Positions 24,819 through 38,210 of a DNA stretch of 64,000 nt are shown here, one piece after another. Both the position numbers and the translations under genes were made by a program. The first letter of the stretch is position 1. Each line of letters begins with the position of its first letter. The notes beneath the pieces are model-generated. The model searched no databases and was not told where the DNA came from. It saw only the letters and a list, made by a program, of their open reading frames with translations. Origin of the DNA: Hormiphora californensis (taxonomy: Eukaryota > Animalia > Ctenophora); the NCBI GenBank assembly GCA_020137815.1, contig CM035361.1, positions 6,138,001-6,202,000 on the forward strand, read 5' to 3'.

Positions 24819-26172
24819 CATGTATCAGCAAGTGGCGCGGTTTTTCTGAGTATTTTGAGAGCGAAAGGGGTGGTTTATCTGCCACCCCTTTCATGTGTTG
24901 TATTGAGTTTTGATGGCTATCTTACACAAGTTTCGTCTGCAAAATTTGCAGCGGAACGTAAGATATTCGTTATCAGAGTATATTTTTGAGTTTTTTTTTT
25001 TGAGTTTTTTTGGGTAATCTATTAACAACGTTTTGTACAGTTAAATAACACTAAATTATTGGAAAAGCACAAACATAAAATCGATCCAAAACACAATCTT
25101 GCTGAGCACAGCATGAGATCTATTGTTCAGTGCAAATGAGATCCGGATCGTTTTTTGCGGCTTTCTCGGATTGAAGGATTGTGAGGATTAAGGTATATCT
25201 CCTCTTTTTTCAATGTTTTTAGCAAATTTTTCTTAATCCATGGAACTGTCTGTGCCTCCCTGAAGTACTAATATATTGGGTGTGTGGTCGTCAAGATGAG
25301 AGAAGAGCAGAGAGAGAGAAGGAGAACAGAGAATAGACGAAGATTGAGAGAAAAGACGATATAGAGAGAGGAGATTTGAGATATTAGTGTTTTATGAGTT
25401 TACACACATGAATTCAAAACAAAAATATTGTGAGTTTTAATTTGGAACGTAAAAGCAACATCGAAATCTCTGCCAAAATCTAAAAACATCGAGAGGTCTA
25501 CGGTACAACTTTATCAGAATCTCCTTCAAACGCCGGCGACGCGCGCATTCGATCTGTGGAAAGTAGCAGTTGTAAGCACTTGCCGCACGACACTTTCTAA
25601 TGTAAAATTAGATATTCTTAGGTACCGATCCATTTCGCCAAAGCATGGTTTCTAATTTCTCGTTCCTTGTTGCTTTATGTTTATCACCCGCTTTGCCTAG
25701 CTAGACTGTGTTTTATTAGAACATAACAACACCCGCTCAGTTTGCCACCAAGATCATAACAAATACTTTTCAAGTGTGTAAATCAAATTAGTAGAACATT
25801 CACAAATTTGTTTGCTAGTTTAACATATTTAATGAAAACAATTTGATTTATTGATTAAGTTAATTAATTAATTAATTAGCAAGCAAAATTCGGTCCCATA
25901 AACAGCTCTGAAATAAAACCACAAATTCAGTTCATAAGGGTGTGACACTGGGGAAGTACGTTTTAGTTTTCTTCGAACCAATGGAATCTTTCTTCTGAAG
26001 CGAGTTGTTAGTTTAGTACACACTAGTTAGTTTAGTACACACTTAGGTTGTGTGAGGGTCGAGCTAGGCAACACTTTAGTTAAACATGCACTAATTATAT
26101 CTTTATCTTAATTTGACAAAAAGTCAGGCAGACTGCAGAGGTAGCTCATAGTTATCAGGGCTCAGAAAATCG

Positions 26173-29100
26173 TCATGGATCCCATAGTACCTATAACTAC
26201 ACTGCCCCCTAATTTTCAATCTAAAAACATACCGATGAATTGGATGATGATGTGTGTTGTTCCCCGTACCGGAATTGTTCCATGATTTTAGCTGACTTTG
26301 GACTCACAGGCCCATGGTGTACACCACTACCCGCTGAAATAGGGATCGGATCACAAATTGGAAAACTTACATATATGGATTAAGAGAGAGAATATAAGGA
26401 TTGTTTACTAGTACTAGGGGTTTATTAGGAGAAAACCAAACTTCATTATCGCTAATATATTGGACCTACCTATTATATTAGTGCTAAAATTAGCTACCCA
26501 TTATTTTTGGGACAGCAGCTAATACTGTATTGTAATACTGTATTTTAATACTGTATTGGACCTACATGAATTAGAGCTGCCCTGAGAGGGCGACTTGTTG
26601 TTACTACCATTGTTCAAAAAAGCAAACGCCTCCCACGATAACCGTCTACTGTCGGCAGTGTATCGCGATCTGCTGGCTCCAGGTCCGATCGTCTGAATTC
26701 CGTTGCCCCGAACCGTTATGTGGTGTTTCGACTTTTTAGCTGATCTGATGTGGTTAGTGGGAGGTTTGTTCTTGGCGTGGTTAGTGGGGGTTTGTTCTTG
26801 GGGTGGTTAGTGGGGGTTTGTTCTTGGCGTGGTTAGTGGGGGTTTGTTCTTGGGGTGGTTAGTGGGGGTTTGTTCTTGGCGGGGTGGTTAGTGGGGGTTT
26901 GTTATTGGGGTGGTTAGTGGGGGTTTGTTCTTGGGGTGGTTAGTGGGGGTTTGTTCTTGGCGTGGTTAGTGGGGGTTTGTTCTTGGGGTGGTTAGTGGGG
27001 GTTTGTTCTTGGGGTGGTTAGTGGGGGTTTGTTCTTGGGGTGGTTAGTGGGGGTTTGTTCTTGGCGTGGTTAGTGGGGGTTTGTTCTTGGGGTGGTTAGT
27101 GGGGGTTTGTTCTTGGGGTGGTTAGTGGGGGTTTGTTCTTGGGGTGGTTAGTGGGGGTTTGTTCTTGGGGTGGTTAGTGGGGGTTTGTTCTTGGGGTGGT
27201 TAGTGGGGGGTTTGTTCTTGGGGTGGTTAGTGGGGGGGTTGTTCTTGGCGTGGTTAGTGGGGGTTTGTTCTTGACGTGGTTAGGGGGGGTTTGTTCTTGG
27301 AGTGGTTAGTGGGGGTTTGCTCTTGGCGTGGTTAGTGGGGGTTTGTTATTGGGGTGGTTAGGGGGGGTTTGTTATTGGCGTGGTTAGTGGGGGTTTGTTC
27401 TTGGCGTGGTTAGTGGGGGTTTGTTCTTGGCGTGGTTAGTGGGGGTTTGTTCTTGGCGTGGTTAGGGGGGGGGGTTTGAAATGCCACAATATTGAGAGGG
27501 TCACAAATGGGATCCCTGATCCCTAGGGCTAGTTTTCGAGCCCAACTAGAGGCCTTGAGAGAGGGAGAGGGAGACACCATCGAACCCAAAACTAGCTAGC
27601 TGTCTACCTGGTACTGCGTCTCAATGGCATGTTCCGGTGTATTCGTGGCTTTAAACTGAACTCTGCGTCTCCCATTAACTCTTCCTCTCGCAATTCATCC
27701 CACCTGAACAGGGGAATATAAAACCCAAACTAAAAGGGCCACCCGAGTGGGGGAAATAGTGATTTATCAAACCCTCTCAAGCTTAGAGCGCTGTGTGAGC
27801 CACACCTCGGTAAAATAGACTGTTGTAAAAACTAAAAAGGCCAACAATTGGATTTTGTGATACGGTCATACCCCCTGATGAATGGAAAATTATAGGAAAA
27901 TTAAAATCATATCGAGTGCAATGTATCAGCACCCCATCATGTCCATTTGGAGGTTAGCATATCGAATTCTTCAACACCCCATGGCCATACCACGGTGATA
28001 CCTCCCCCCCCCCTGGTGAGAGAGACTATAAAAAGTCTTATAGTTCGGAAATCAGTTTCTCGAGTTCGCGAACGTTCGTCTGCACCCCATGGTCACCGAA
28101 CCCTTTGTGCTGTTGAACAATACAACGAACCCCCACAGAGCGTCCTAATTTTGAAATAAAATAACGGCCACACAACCTACTCAAACCTACTCAAATAAAA
28201 TTCGACGGTTTGAGCCACACAACCTACCTGTCAGGTGAGATATGAAGACTCTTCAGTGCGTCAGTGAGACCATCAAACCCAACGCTGCCCCGTAACATTC
28301 TGAGCTGGTAGTGATTAATAGCACCCAAGGATTTCATGTCGTCCAATCGTAATGATCGTAGTAGGGAGACCGTCTCAAATTGTAACTTATACCGGGTCGC
28401 CCATTTCCTGTTAAATATATTTTAGTTTCCTGAAAATGTATATTCTGTGCATATTGGATTTTAGTGAAAGGGTTTGGTAGATCAACACACATAGTCAGAC
28501 TTCAGAGAAGAATCGCTAGAATTTGACTCCTACTTCAACTCTTGGTTACGAAAAAAACTCTCTGGCAAGGGAGGGGTAACTTCTTTACTAACCTGAACTC
28601 ATCATTAGATTCCTCATAAAACTGTATCTCCTACCTGAACTCATCATTAGATTCCTCATAAAACTGTATCTCCTACCTGAACTCATCATTAGATTCCTCA
28701 TAAAACTGTATCTCCTACCTGAACTCATCATTAGATTCCTCATAAAACTGTATCTCCTACCTAAATTCATCATTAGATTCCTCATAAAACTGTATCTCCT
28801 ACCTGAACTCATCATTAGATTCCTCATAAAACTGTATCTCCTACCTGAACTCATCATTAGATTCCTCATAAAACTGTATGTCCTACCTGAACTCATCATT
28901 AGATTCCTCATAAAACTGTATGTCCTACCTGAACTCATCATTAGATTCCTCATAAAACTGTATGTCCTACCTGAACTCATCATTAGATTCCTCATAAAAC
29001 TGTATCTCCTACCTGAACTCATCATTAGATTCCTCATAAAACTGTATCTCCTACCTGAACTCATCATTAGATTCCTCATAAAACTGTATGTCCTACCTGA

Positions 29101-30674
29101 ACTCATCATTAGATTCCTCATAAAACTGTATGTCCTACCTGAACTCATCATTAGATTCCTCATAAAACTGTATCTCCTACCTGAACTCATCATTAGATTC
29201 CTCATAAAACTGTATCTCCTACCTGAATTCATCATTAGATTCCTCATAAAACTGTATGTCCTACCTGAACTCATCATTAGATTCCTCATAAAACTGTATC
29301 TCCTACCTGAACTCATCATTAGATTCCTCATAAAACTGTATGTCCTACCTGAACTCATCATTAGATTCCTCATAAAACTGTATCTCCTACCTGAACTCAT
29401 CATTAGATTCCTCATAAAACTGTATCTCCTACCTGAACTCATCATTAGATTCCTCATAAAACTGTATGTCCTACCTGAACTCATCATTAGATTCCTCATA
29501 AAACTGTATCTCCTACCTGAACTCATCATTAGATTCCTCATAAAACTGTATGTCCTACCTGAACTCATCATTAGATTCCTCATAAAACTGTATCTCCTAC
29601 CTGAATTCATCATTAGATTCCTCATAAAACTGTATCTCCTACCTGAACTCATCATTAGATTCCTCATAAAACTGTATCTCCTACCTGAATTCATCATTAG
29701 ATTCCTCATAAAACTGTATCTCCTACCTGAACTCATCATTAGATTCCTCATAAAACTGTATCTCCTACCTGAACTCATCATTAGATTCCTCATAAAACTG
29801 TATCTCCTACCTGAACTCATCATTAGATTCCTCATAAAACTGTATCCCCTACCTGAACTCATCATTAGATTCCTCATAAAACTGTATGTCCTCATCCCAC
29901 TCTGAAAGTGATGCTGATGAACTGCTAAACTCACTCCATGACACCACCCGGTATAGGTCAGGGGTATCCTGGTGGTGGTGGCTGAAACCCGTTATGGAGT
30001 ACTCGCTGTCCATCCTGGAGAGGGAGGATATGAGGGAGTGGTGAAAATGAGAGGGAGAGGGAGAATGTAAAAAGGGAGAAGCACACTTTGTACTGTGTAG
30101 TACACACTGTGTACTGGACCCATTTCCCACAAGGGAGATAGATGATAGTTGTGTGTTTGTGGCGGAGCTTAAAATATGTAACAAACAAACAAACAAACAA
30201 ACAAACAAACAAACAAACAAACAAACAAACAAACAAACAAACAAACAAACAAACAAACAAACAAACAAACAAACAAACAAACAAACAAACAAACAAACAA
30301 ACAAACGCACCTTGGTGATGTTGAGTACTCGCTACTATCAACACACAGATCCTCAAACAAACAAACAAATAAACAAACAAACAAACAAACAAGCATACCT
30401 TGGTGATGTTGAGTATTCGCTACTATCAACACACAGACAAACAAACAAACAAACAAACAAACAAACGCACCTTGGTGATGTTGAGTATTCGCTACTAACA
30501 ACACAAACAACGCACCTTGGTGATGTTGAATATTCGCTACTATCAACACACACACAAACAAACAAACAAACAAACGCACCTTGGTGATGTTGAGTATTCG
30601 CTACTATCAACACACAAGTCTTCCATCCAATTCAGATGGGACAGACTTCCAGATTCAATATCAGATATTCGGTC
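26173..30674 (-). CDS. Uncharacterised protein with a SAM-like helical domain; upstream exons not resolved
   Basis: Phase-consistent GT-AG exons 30674-30580, 30014-29853, 28407-28228 (FRKWATRYKLQFETVSLLRSLRLDDMKSLGAINHYQLRML, SAM-like pattern by eye), 27703-27608, 26744-26566, 26333-26233, and a possible last exon 26190-26173. Confidence 0.7.
26748..27478. repeat. ~25-bp G-rich minisatellite GTGGTTAGTGGGGGTTTGTTCTTGG
   Basis: About 28 tandem copies, ending at the acceptor of exon 26744. Confidence 0.95.
28591..29891. repeat. 42-bp tandem repeat, 31 copies (exon end plus donor site on minus strand)
   Basis: Unit ACCTGAACTCATCATTAGATTCCTCATAAAACTGTAT(C/G)TCCT; unit starts at 28591 and 29851 are 30x42 apart. 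Confidence 0.97.
30180..30616. repeat. (AAAC)n microsatellite plus 5 copies of a ~40-bp exon-end/donor unit
   Basis: CACCTTGGTGATGTTGA(G/A)TATTCGCTACTA copies at ~30306, 30394, 30466, 30511, 30575. Confidence 0.92.
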
Positions 30675-32664
30675 CTGAGCAATGTAATTGAGGGTTACAT
30701 ATCAGATATTCGGTCCTGAGCAATTGAGGGTTACATATCAGATATTCGGTCCTGAGCAATTGAGGGTTACATATCAGATATTCGGTCCTGAGCAATGTAA
30801 TTGAGGGTTACATATCAGATATTCGGTCCTGAGCAATTGAGGGTTACATATCAGATATTCGGTCCTGAGCAATTGAGGGTTACATATCAGATATTCGGTC
30901 CTGAGCAATGTAATTGAGGGTTACATATCAGATATTCGGTCCTGAGCAATGTATGAGGGTTACATATCAGATATTCGGTCCTGAGCAATTGAGGGTTACA
31001 TATCAGATATTCGGTCCTGAGCAATGTAATTGAGGGTTACATATCAGATATTCGGTCCTGAGCAATGTAATTGAGGGTTACATATCAGATATTCGGTCCT
31101 GAGCAATGTAATTGAGGGTTACATATCAGATATTCGGTCCTGAGCAATTGAGGGTTACATATCAGATATTCGGTCCTGAGCAATTGAGGGTTACATATCA
31201 GATATTCGGTCCTGCAAGCAATGTAATTGAGGGTTACATATCAGATATTCGGTCCTGAGCAATGTAATTGAGGGTTACATATCAGATATTCGGTCCTGAG
31301 CAATTGAGGGTTACATATCAGATATTCGGTCCTGAAGCAATGTAATTGAGGGTTACATATCAGATATTCGGTCCTGAGCAATTGAGGGTTACATATCAGA
31401 TATTCGGTCCTGAGCAATGTAATTGAGGGTTACATATCAGATATTCTGTCCTGAGCAATGTAATTGAGGGTTACATATCAGATATTCGGTCCTGAGCAAT
31501 GTAATTGAGGGTTACATATCAGATATTCTGTCCTGAGCAATTGAGGGTTACATATCAGATATTCGGTCCTGAGAGCAATGTAATTGAGGGTTACATATCA
31601 GATATTCGGTCCTGAGCAATTGAGGGTTACATATCAGATATTCGGTCCTGAGCAATTGAGGGTTACATATCAGATATTCGGTCCTGAGCAATGTAATTGA
31701 GGGTTACATATCAGATATTCGGTCCTGAGAGCAATGTAATTGAGGGTTACATATCAGATATTCGGTCCTGAGCAATGTAATTGAGGGTTACATATCAGAT
31801 ATTCGGTCCTGAGTGCAATGTAATTGAGGGTTACATATCAGATATTCGGTCCTGAGCAATGTAATTGAGGGTTACATATCAGATATTCGGTCCTGAGAGC
31901 AATGTAATTGAGGGTTACATATCAGATATTCGGTCCTGAGCAATTGAGGGTTACATATCAGATATTCGGTCCTGAGTGCAATGTAATTGAGGGTTACATA
32001 TCAGATATTCGGTCCTGAGCAATGTAATTGAGGGTTACATATCAGATATTCGGTCCTGAGCAATTGAGGGTTACATATCAGATATTCGGTCCTGAGCAAT
32101 GTAATTGAGGGTTACATATCAGATATTCGGTCCTGAGCAATTGAGGGTTACATATCAGATATTCGGTCCTGAGCAATTGAGGGTTACATATCAGATATTC
32201 GGTCCTGAGCAATGTAATTGAGGGTTACATATCAGATATTCGGTCCTGAGCAATGTAATTGAGGGTTACATATCAGATATCCGGTCCTGAGCAATGTAAT
32301 TGAGGGTTACATATCAGATATTCGGTCCTGAGCAATGTAATTGAGGGTTACATATCAGATATTCGGTCCTGAGCAATGTAATTGAGGGTTACATATCAGA
32401 TATTCTGTCCTGAGCAATGCAATTGAGGGTTACATATCAGATATTCGGTCCTGAGCAATGCAATTGAGGGTTACATATCAGATATTCGGTCCTGAGCAAT
32501 TGAGGGTTACATATCAGATATTCGGTCCTGAGCAATGTAATTGAGGGTTACATATCAGATATTCGGTCCTGAGCAATTGAGGGTTACATATCAGATATTC
32601 GGTCCTGAGCAATTGAGGGCTACATATCAGATATTCGGTCCTGAGCAATTGAGGGCTACATATC
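30658..32664. repeat. 36/41-bp tandem repeat, ~50 copies (acceptor plus exon start on minus strand)
   Basis: Unit ATATCAGATATTCGGTCCTGAGCAAT(GTAAT)TGAGGGTTAC. Confidence 0.97.
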
Positions 32665-32779
32665 GATTAAAGAAAAGTGGTTAGTTTGAAAACAATTGAA
32701 TTCTCGGCCCAAATATTAGACTGCCTCCAGTCCCCGTTTTTACGTTGCGCTCAGATCGGATAGACCCCCTTAATGGGAA

Positions 32780-35670
32780 ATTCAGAATTTTCCCTTTTTT
32801 GGGGGGTTTTTAAATTAGAAAAAAAAGGGGGGGGGTTTTGGGGGGCCCCAAAAAAAGGGGCCCCCAAAAAAATTTTGGGGAAATTTTTTTTTAAAAAAAT
32901 TTTGGGAAAAAAATTTTTTTTTTTAAAAAAATTTTTTTTTAAAAATTAAAACCCCCAACAAAAAATTTGGGGTTTTTTTTTAAAAAAGGGGGTTTTTTAA
33001 AGGGGGTTTTTTAAAAAAAAGGGGGGTTAAAAAATTTTTTAAACGAAATTTTTTTTTTTTTTAAATTTAAGGGGGAAAATGAAAATTCAAAAATTTTTTG
33101 GGGAAAAAAAAAGGGGGAAATCAAAAAATTAAGGTTTTTTTTGGGGTTTTTTTTGGGGGAAAAAATTTTTTTTTGGGGCCCCCCAAAAAAGGGGGAAAAA
33201 AATTTTTTAAAAAATTTGGGGGAAAAAAATTTAAAAATTTTTTTTTTAAAAAAAAGGGGGTTTTTAAAAAGGGTTTTTGTCCTTTAAAAAAATTTTGGGG
33301 GGGGGGGGGAAAAACCCGGGGGGAAAAAAAAAAAATTTTTTTTTTGGGGCCCCCCCCTTATTTTTTTGGGGGGGGGAAAAACCCCCTTTCAATTTGGGGA
33401 AATTTTAAAAAACCCCCCCCCCCCTTTTGGGAACCCCCCCCCCCCCAAAAGGGGGGTTTTTTTAAAAAAATTTTTTTTAATTTTTCCCCCCCCCCAAAAC
33501 CCCCCCCCAAAATTAAACCCCCCGGGGGTTTTTTTGGGTTTTTTTTGGGCCCCCTTTTTAAACCCCCCCAAATCCCAAAAAAAAAACCCCCCAAAAAAAA
33601 AAGGGGGGGGCCCCAAAAAAAAAGGGGGCCCCCCAAAAAAAAGGGGGGGGGGGAAAGGGGGGGAAAAAAAAAAAGGGGGGAACCCCCCCCAAAAAAACCC
33701 CCGGGGGGGGGGGGGGGGGGGGGGGGCCCCCCCCCCGGGGGGGGGGGGGGGGCCCCCCGGGGGGGGGGGGGTTGGGGGGTTTCCCGGGGGGGGGGGGCCC
33801 CCCAAAAAAGGGGGGGGGGGGTTTGGGGGGAAAACATTTAAAAATTAAAACCCTTTTAAAGGGGGAAATTTTTTAAAAAAAAAAAAAAAACCCCCAAAAA
33901 TTTTTTAAAAACCCCCTTTTTGGGAAAAAAAAAATTTTTGGGAAAAAAGGGGGGGGGGGGCCCCCCCCTGGGTTTTTTTTTTTAAAAAAAAAAAATTTTT
34001 AAAATTGGGAAAAATTTAAAAAAATTTTTTTGGGGAAAAGGAAAAGGGGGGGAGAAAAGGGGGGGTTTTTTTTTTTTTTAAAAAAAAAAATTTTTTAAAA
34101 AAAAAAAAAAATTTTTATAATTTTAAAAAGGGGGGGAAAAAAGGGGGGGTTTTTAAAAAAAAAACTTTTAAAAATTTTTTCCCAAAAAAGGGGGGGGGAA
34201 AAAAAAAAAAAGGGGGGTTTTAAAAATTTTTAAGGGGAATAAAGGGGGGGGTTAGGGGAGAGAAAAACCAAAATTTGGTTTGGTTTTTTAAAAAATTTTG
34301 GGCCCCAAAAAACCCGGGGGAAAAACCCCCCCCGGGGGGGGAAAAGGGGGAAAAAAAAAACCCCGGGGGGGCCGGGGGGTTTTTTTTTGTTTCCCTTTTT
34401 TTTGGGGGGGGGGAAAATTTTTTAAAAAACCCGGGGGAAAAAAAAAATTTTCCCCGGTTAAAACCCCCCTTTTTTTTCCCCAAAAAAATTTTAAAAACCC
34501 CCAAAAATTTTTTAAAAAATTTTTAAACCCCCTTTTTTTTTTGGGAAAAGGGGGCCCTTTTTTTTCCCCCCCCCTTTTTAAAAAAAAAACCCCCGGGGGG
34601 GGGGAAAAAAAACCCCGGGGAAAAATTTTTAAAAAAGAAGAAAAAAAAAGGGGAAACCCCCTTTTTGGGGGAAAAAGGGGAAAAAAAAAGAAAAAAGGGG
34701 GTTTTTTTAAAAAAGGGGGGGGAAAAAAAAAAAAAAAGGGAAAAAAAAAAGGGGGGGGGAGCTAAGGGGGGGGGGGGAAAAGGGCCCCCGGGGGGGGGGG
34801 TTTTTTTTTAAAGGGGAAAAAAAATTTTTTTAAAAAAGGGGGGGGAAAAAAAAAAAAAAAAAAAAAGGGGGGGAGGGAAAAAAAGGGTTTTAAAAAAATT
34901 AAAAAAAAAAAAAGGGGTTTTAAAAAAAAAAAGAAAAAAGGGGGGGGGGGAAAAAAAAAAGGGGGGGGGGGGGGGAAAAAAAAAAAAAGGGGGGGGGGGG
35001 GTTTTAAAAACCAAAGCCAAAAAAGGGAAAAAGGGGAAAAAAAAAAAGAGAGGGGGGGAAAAAGGGGGGAAAAAAAGGGGGGGGGTTTTTTTTAAAAAAG
35101 GGCTAAAAAAGGGGGAAAAAATTTGAAAAAAGGGGGAAAAAAAAAGGGGGTTTTTTAAAAAAAAAAATTTTTCAAGGGTTTCAAAAATTTAAAAAAACCA
35201 AAAAAAAAATTTAAAAAAAAAAAAAATTTTTTTTTTGGGAAAAAAGGTTTCCCCCCTTTTTTAAAAATTTCCCCTTTTTTTTTAAAAAAAAAAAAAAAAA
35301 ACCCCCCTTTAAAAAAAATTTTTTTTTTTTTAATTTTTTTTGGGGGGGGGAAAAAAAAGGGGGGGTTTGGGGTTTTTTTTTTAAAAAGGGGGGGAAAAAA
35401 AAAATTTCCAAAAAGGTTTAAAATTAAAAAAAAACCCCCAAAAAAAAAGGAAAAAGGGGAAAAAAAAAAAAAAGGGAAAAAAAAAAAAATTTTAAAAAAA
35501 AAAAGGGGGGCCCCCGGGGGGGAAAAAAAGGGCCCCCCCCCGGGGGGGAAAAAAAAAAAAAAAAGGGGGGAAAAAGGGGGGAAAAACCCGGGGGGGGGGG
35601 AAAAAAAAAAAGGGGGGGGGGGGGTTTTTTGGGGGGGGGGGGGGGAATTGGGGGGGAAAAAAAAAAGACA
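32780..35670. other. Homopolymer-run block, probable artefact (smaller ones at ~37020-37750, 40930-41300, 48580-49130)
   Basis: Runs of single bases; ORFs consist almost only of K/G/F/P. Confidence 0.8.
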
Positions 35671-37568
35671 AGATGCTAGAGATGAGAGAGCGTGAGGGAT
35701 AGGGGGAAGAGGCTAGATGGAGAAAGGGAGAGATAGGGTATATTATAGAGATGGAGATAAAGAAAGACAAAGATATACTAGAGACTAGAGAGAGAGAGAG
35801 AAAGAGACTAGAGAGAGGAAGGGAGGGAGAGAGACTGACTAGAGAGGGAGGGTCGAGGGATAAAGAGAGACTAGAGAGAGAGAAAGACGAGAGAGGGAGG
35901 GATAAAGAGAGACTAGAGAAAGAGAAAGAGACTAGAGAGAGGAAGGGAGGGAGAGAGACTAAAGAGAGAGATAAAGACTAGAGAGAGAAAGACTAGAGAA
36001 GGAGGGCTAAAGAGAGACTAAAGAGAGAGAGAGATAAAGACTAGAGAGGGACTGAAGGAGAACTAAAGGGGACAATGTGTTGCAGTAGAGAGTTTCAACA
36101 AATAGACGTGAAAAATGTCGAAACATATAGAAACATATAGAAACACCATATGGTACCCTAGGTGTCACACACTTGATACATTCATGAGTGATAAGGCTTC
36201 AAGGACTTTCAGTCGATATCAAATTCAATGCTTCGGATTTTAATCCAGCCAATCCTTGTTTGTGGTTTGGGCTACAATCGATTTACCGCGGACTAAATAA
36301 ATTCCTCCCGGAAAAAGTTACATCACATCACATTTCATGAAAGTTTACAGTCGAGAGAAATTAAAATATAATAAAAAATAATAAAAGAGAGAAAATAAAA
36401 GTGGGTTTTGTAATTGATAAGATGGCTGATTTGGCAGAATATAGTGCTGCTGATTTGATGAGATCTCAGATCTGCATAGATCAGGTACAAGTTACAGCAA
36501 AAAGAGCAATAAAGAGAGACAACTGGGTAGCTCTTCTGCAGTTAAAAAAAGAAAGAGTGAAGGGCGGGGGCAACTTGGGTACGGTGTACCCCCAACTTGG
36601 GTGCACCCCCATCCCGAACTAAACGTAGTGCGCGTGATAACATGAGACTGAGAGAGACAGCGCAGGAGGATAGAAGAAAGAGGGGATATTAAAAAAAGAA
36701 AGAGTGAAGGGCGGGGCGGCAACTAATGGAGAGCTTTTAATAGAATGCAGCGCATGTCAAATTACCTAAACACCCAATTTTTGTGCATTTACATGAGGCG
36801 TGTCCCTGACCGTGACGAGGGCAGACCAAGCCTTGACTGATTCTGCAGAGACTCTTCAAAGTCGACATTATATCTCACGATCATCCCGCATCCGGTCACA
36901 AATAATTGATGCATATTATACAATATTATGCAATAATGCCCAAACCAACGAATAACTGAATAATACTATGTATTAGTAAAGAGTAATTCAAGTTGACGAT
37001 ATGAGTGATTTAACCCGAAAGGGCATCTCCTTTCCCCCGGGTGGTGTAAAGACTTTTAGAGCTATTTGACCGGAAAAAAAGGAAAACCCAAAAAGAAAGG
37101 GAAAAAAAGGAGAGATTAAAAAGGAAAAAAAAGAAAGGAAAAAGGGGGAGATGAGAAAAAGGGCGGGGGGGGGGAAAGAGAGGTTGAAGAGAAGAAGGAA
37201 AAAAGAAAAAGGAGGGGGGGAGAGAGGGGGAGGGAGAAAAAACGAAGGGGAAAAGGAGAAAAAAGAGAAAACAAAAAAAAGCAAAAAAAAAAAGCGGAAG
37301 GAGATTGGGGAGGGGGAGAAGGAAAAGCCGGGGGGGGGGCGAGAGAGAGAGGAAAAAGGGGTGAGAGGGGAGAGTTTTTTGGGGGAAGAGGGGAGAGAGA
37401 GGAGAGAGGGGGGAGGGGGAAGAGAGAGAGAGACCGGGGGAGAGAGAAAAGAAGGGGAGAAGGGGGGGGGAGAGAGAGAAAGGGAGAGAAAAAGAGAGAG
37501 GAGAAGAAAGAGAGGAGGAATGAAAAGGGGGGAATTTTGAGTTTCCTCTCTCTCTCTCTCTCTCTTTT

Positions 37569-37599
<31 letters not shown>

Positions 37600-38115
37600 T
37601 CTCTCTCTCTCCCCTTCTTCTCTTTTTTTTTCTCTCTTCATCCAAAAAACACGGGGTGAAACAGTTGGGGCAGTAATTTTTGTACTAAAAGGGAACCCGA
37701 TCAAAAAAAAAGACAAAAACAAACAAAACCTTTTTTTTAAACAGCTATCCAAGATCTGAAAATCGAGCTAATTTCAAAATTTTCTCCCACTACGATACCG
37801 CACACAGATCAAAAATTTAAAATACGATTCAGGGTTGCAAAAAAATCGACGAATTCCCCCAAGATGAAAAAATTTAAAAATAAATTCGAAATTAAAAGTT
37901 ACAAAAATTTCAACACTATTTTGCCCGCAAAAAAACCACTTTTTTTAAGAACTCTTGGGTTTTTTTAATTTTACTAAATTTTGTAACCTTTTTGAAATTA
38001 AATTTTTAAAATAACCAACTGTGATGGGGGTGGGGGGACAATTTGAGACTCACTGGCTTTTTTCTGTCACATACACACAGAGAGAGACAGAGAGAGAATT
38101 AAACAGTATGAAGGA

Positions 38116-38210
<95 letters not shown>

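Noticed and set aside
28588-29934. 448-aa ORF of MRNLMMSSGRRYSF repeats
   Set aside because: Stop-free frame of a 42-bp satellite; the spliced gene uses a different frame.
30306-32664. CRISPR-like appearance of the repeat arrays
   Set aside because: No unique spacers, no cas genes, eukaryotic intron context.
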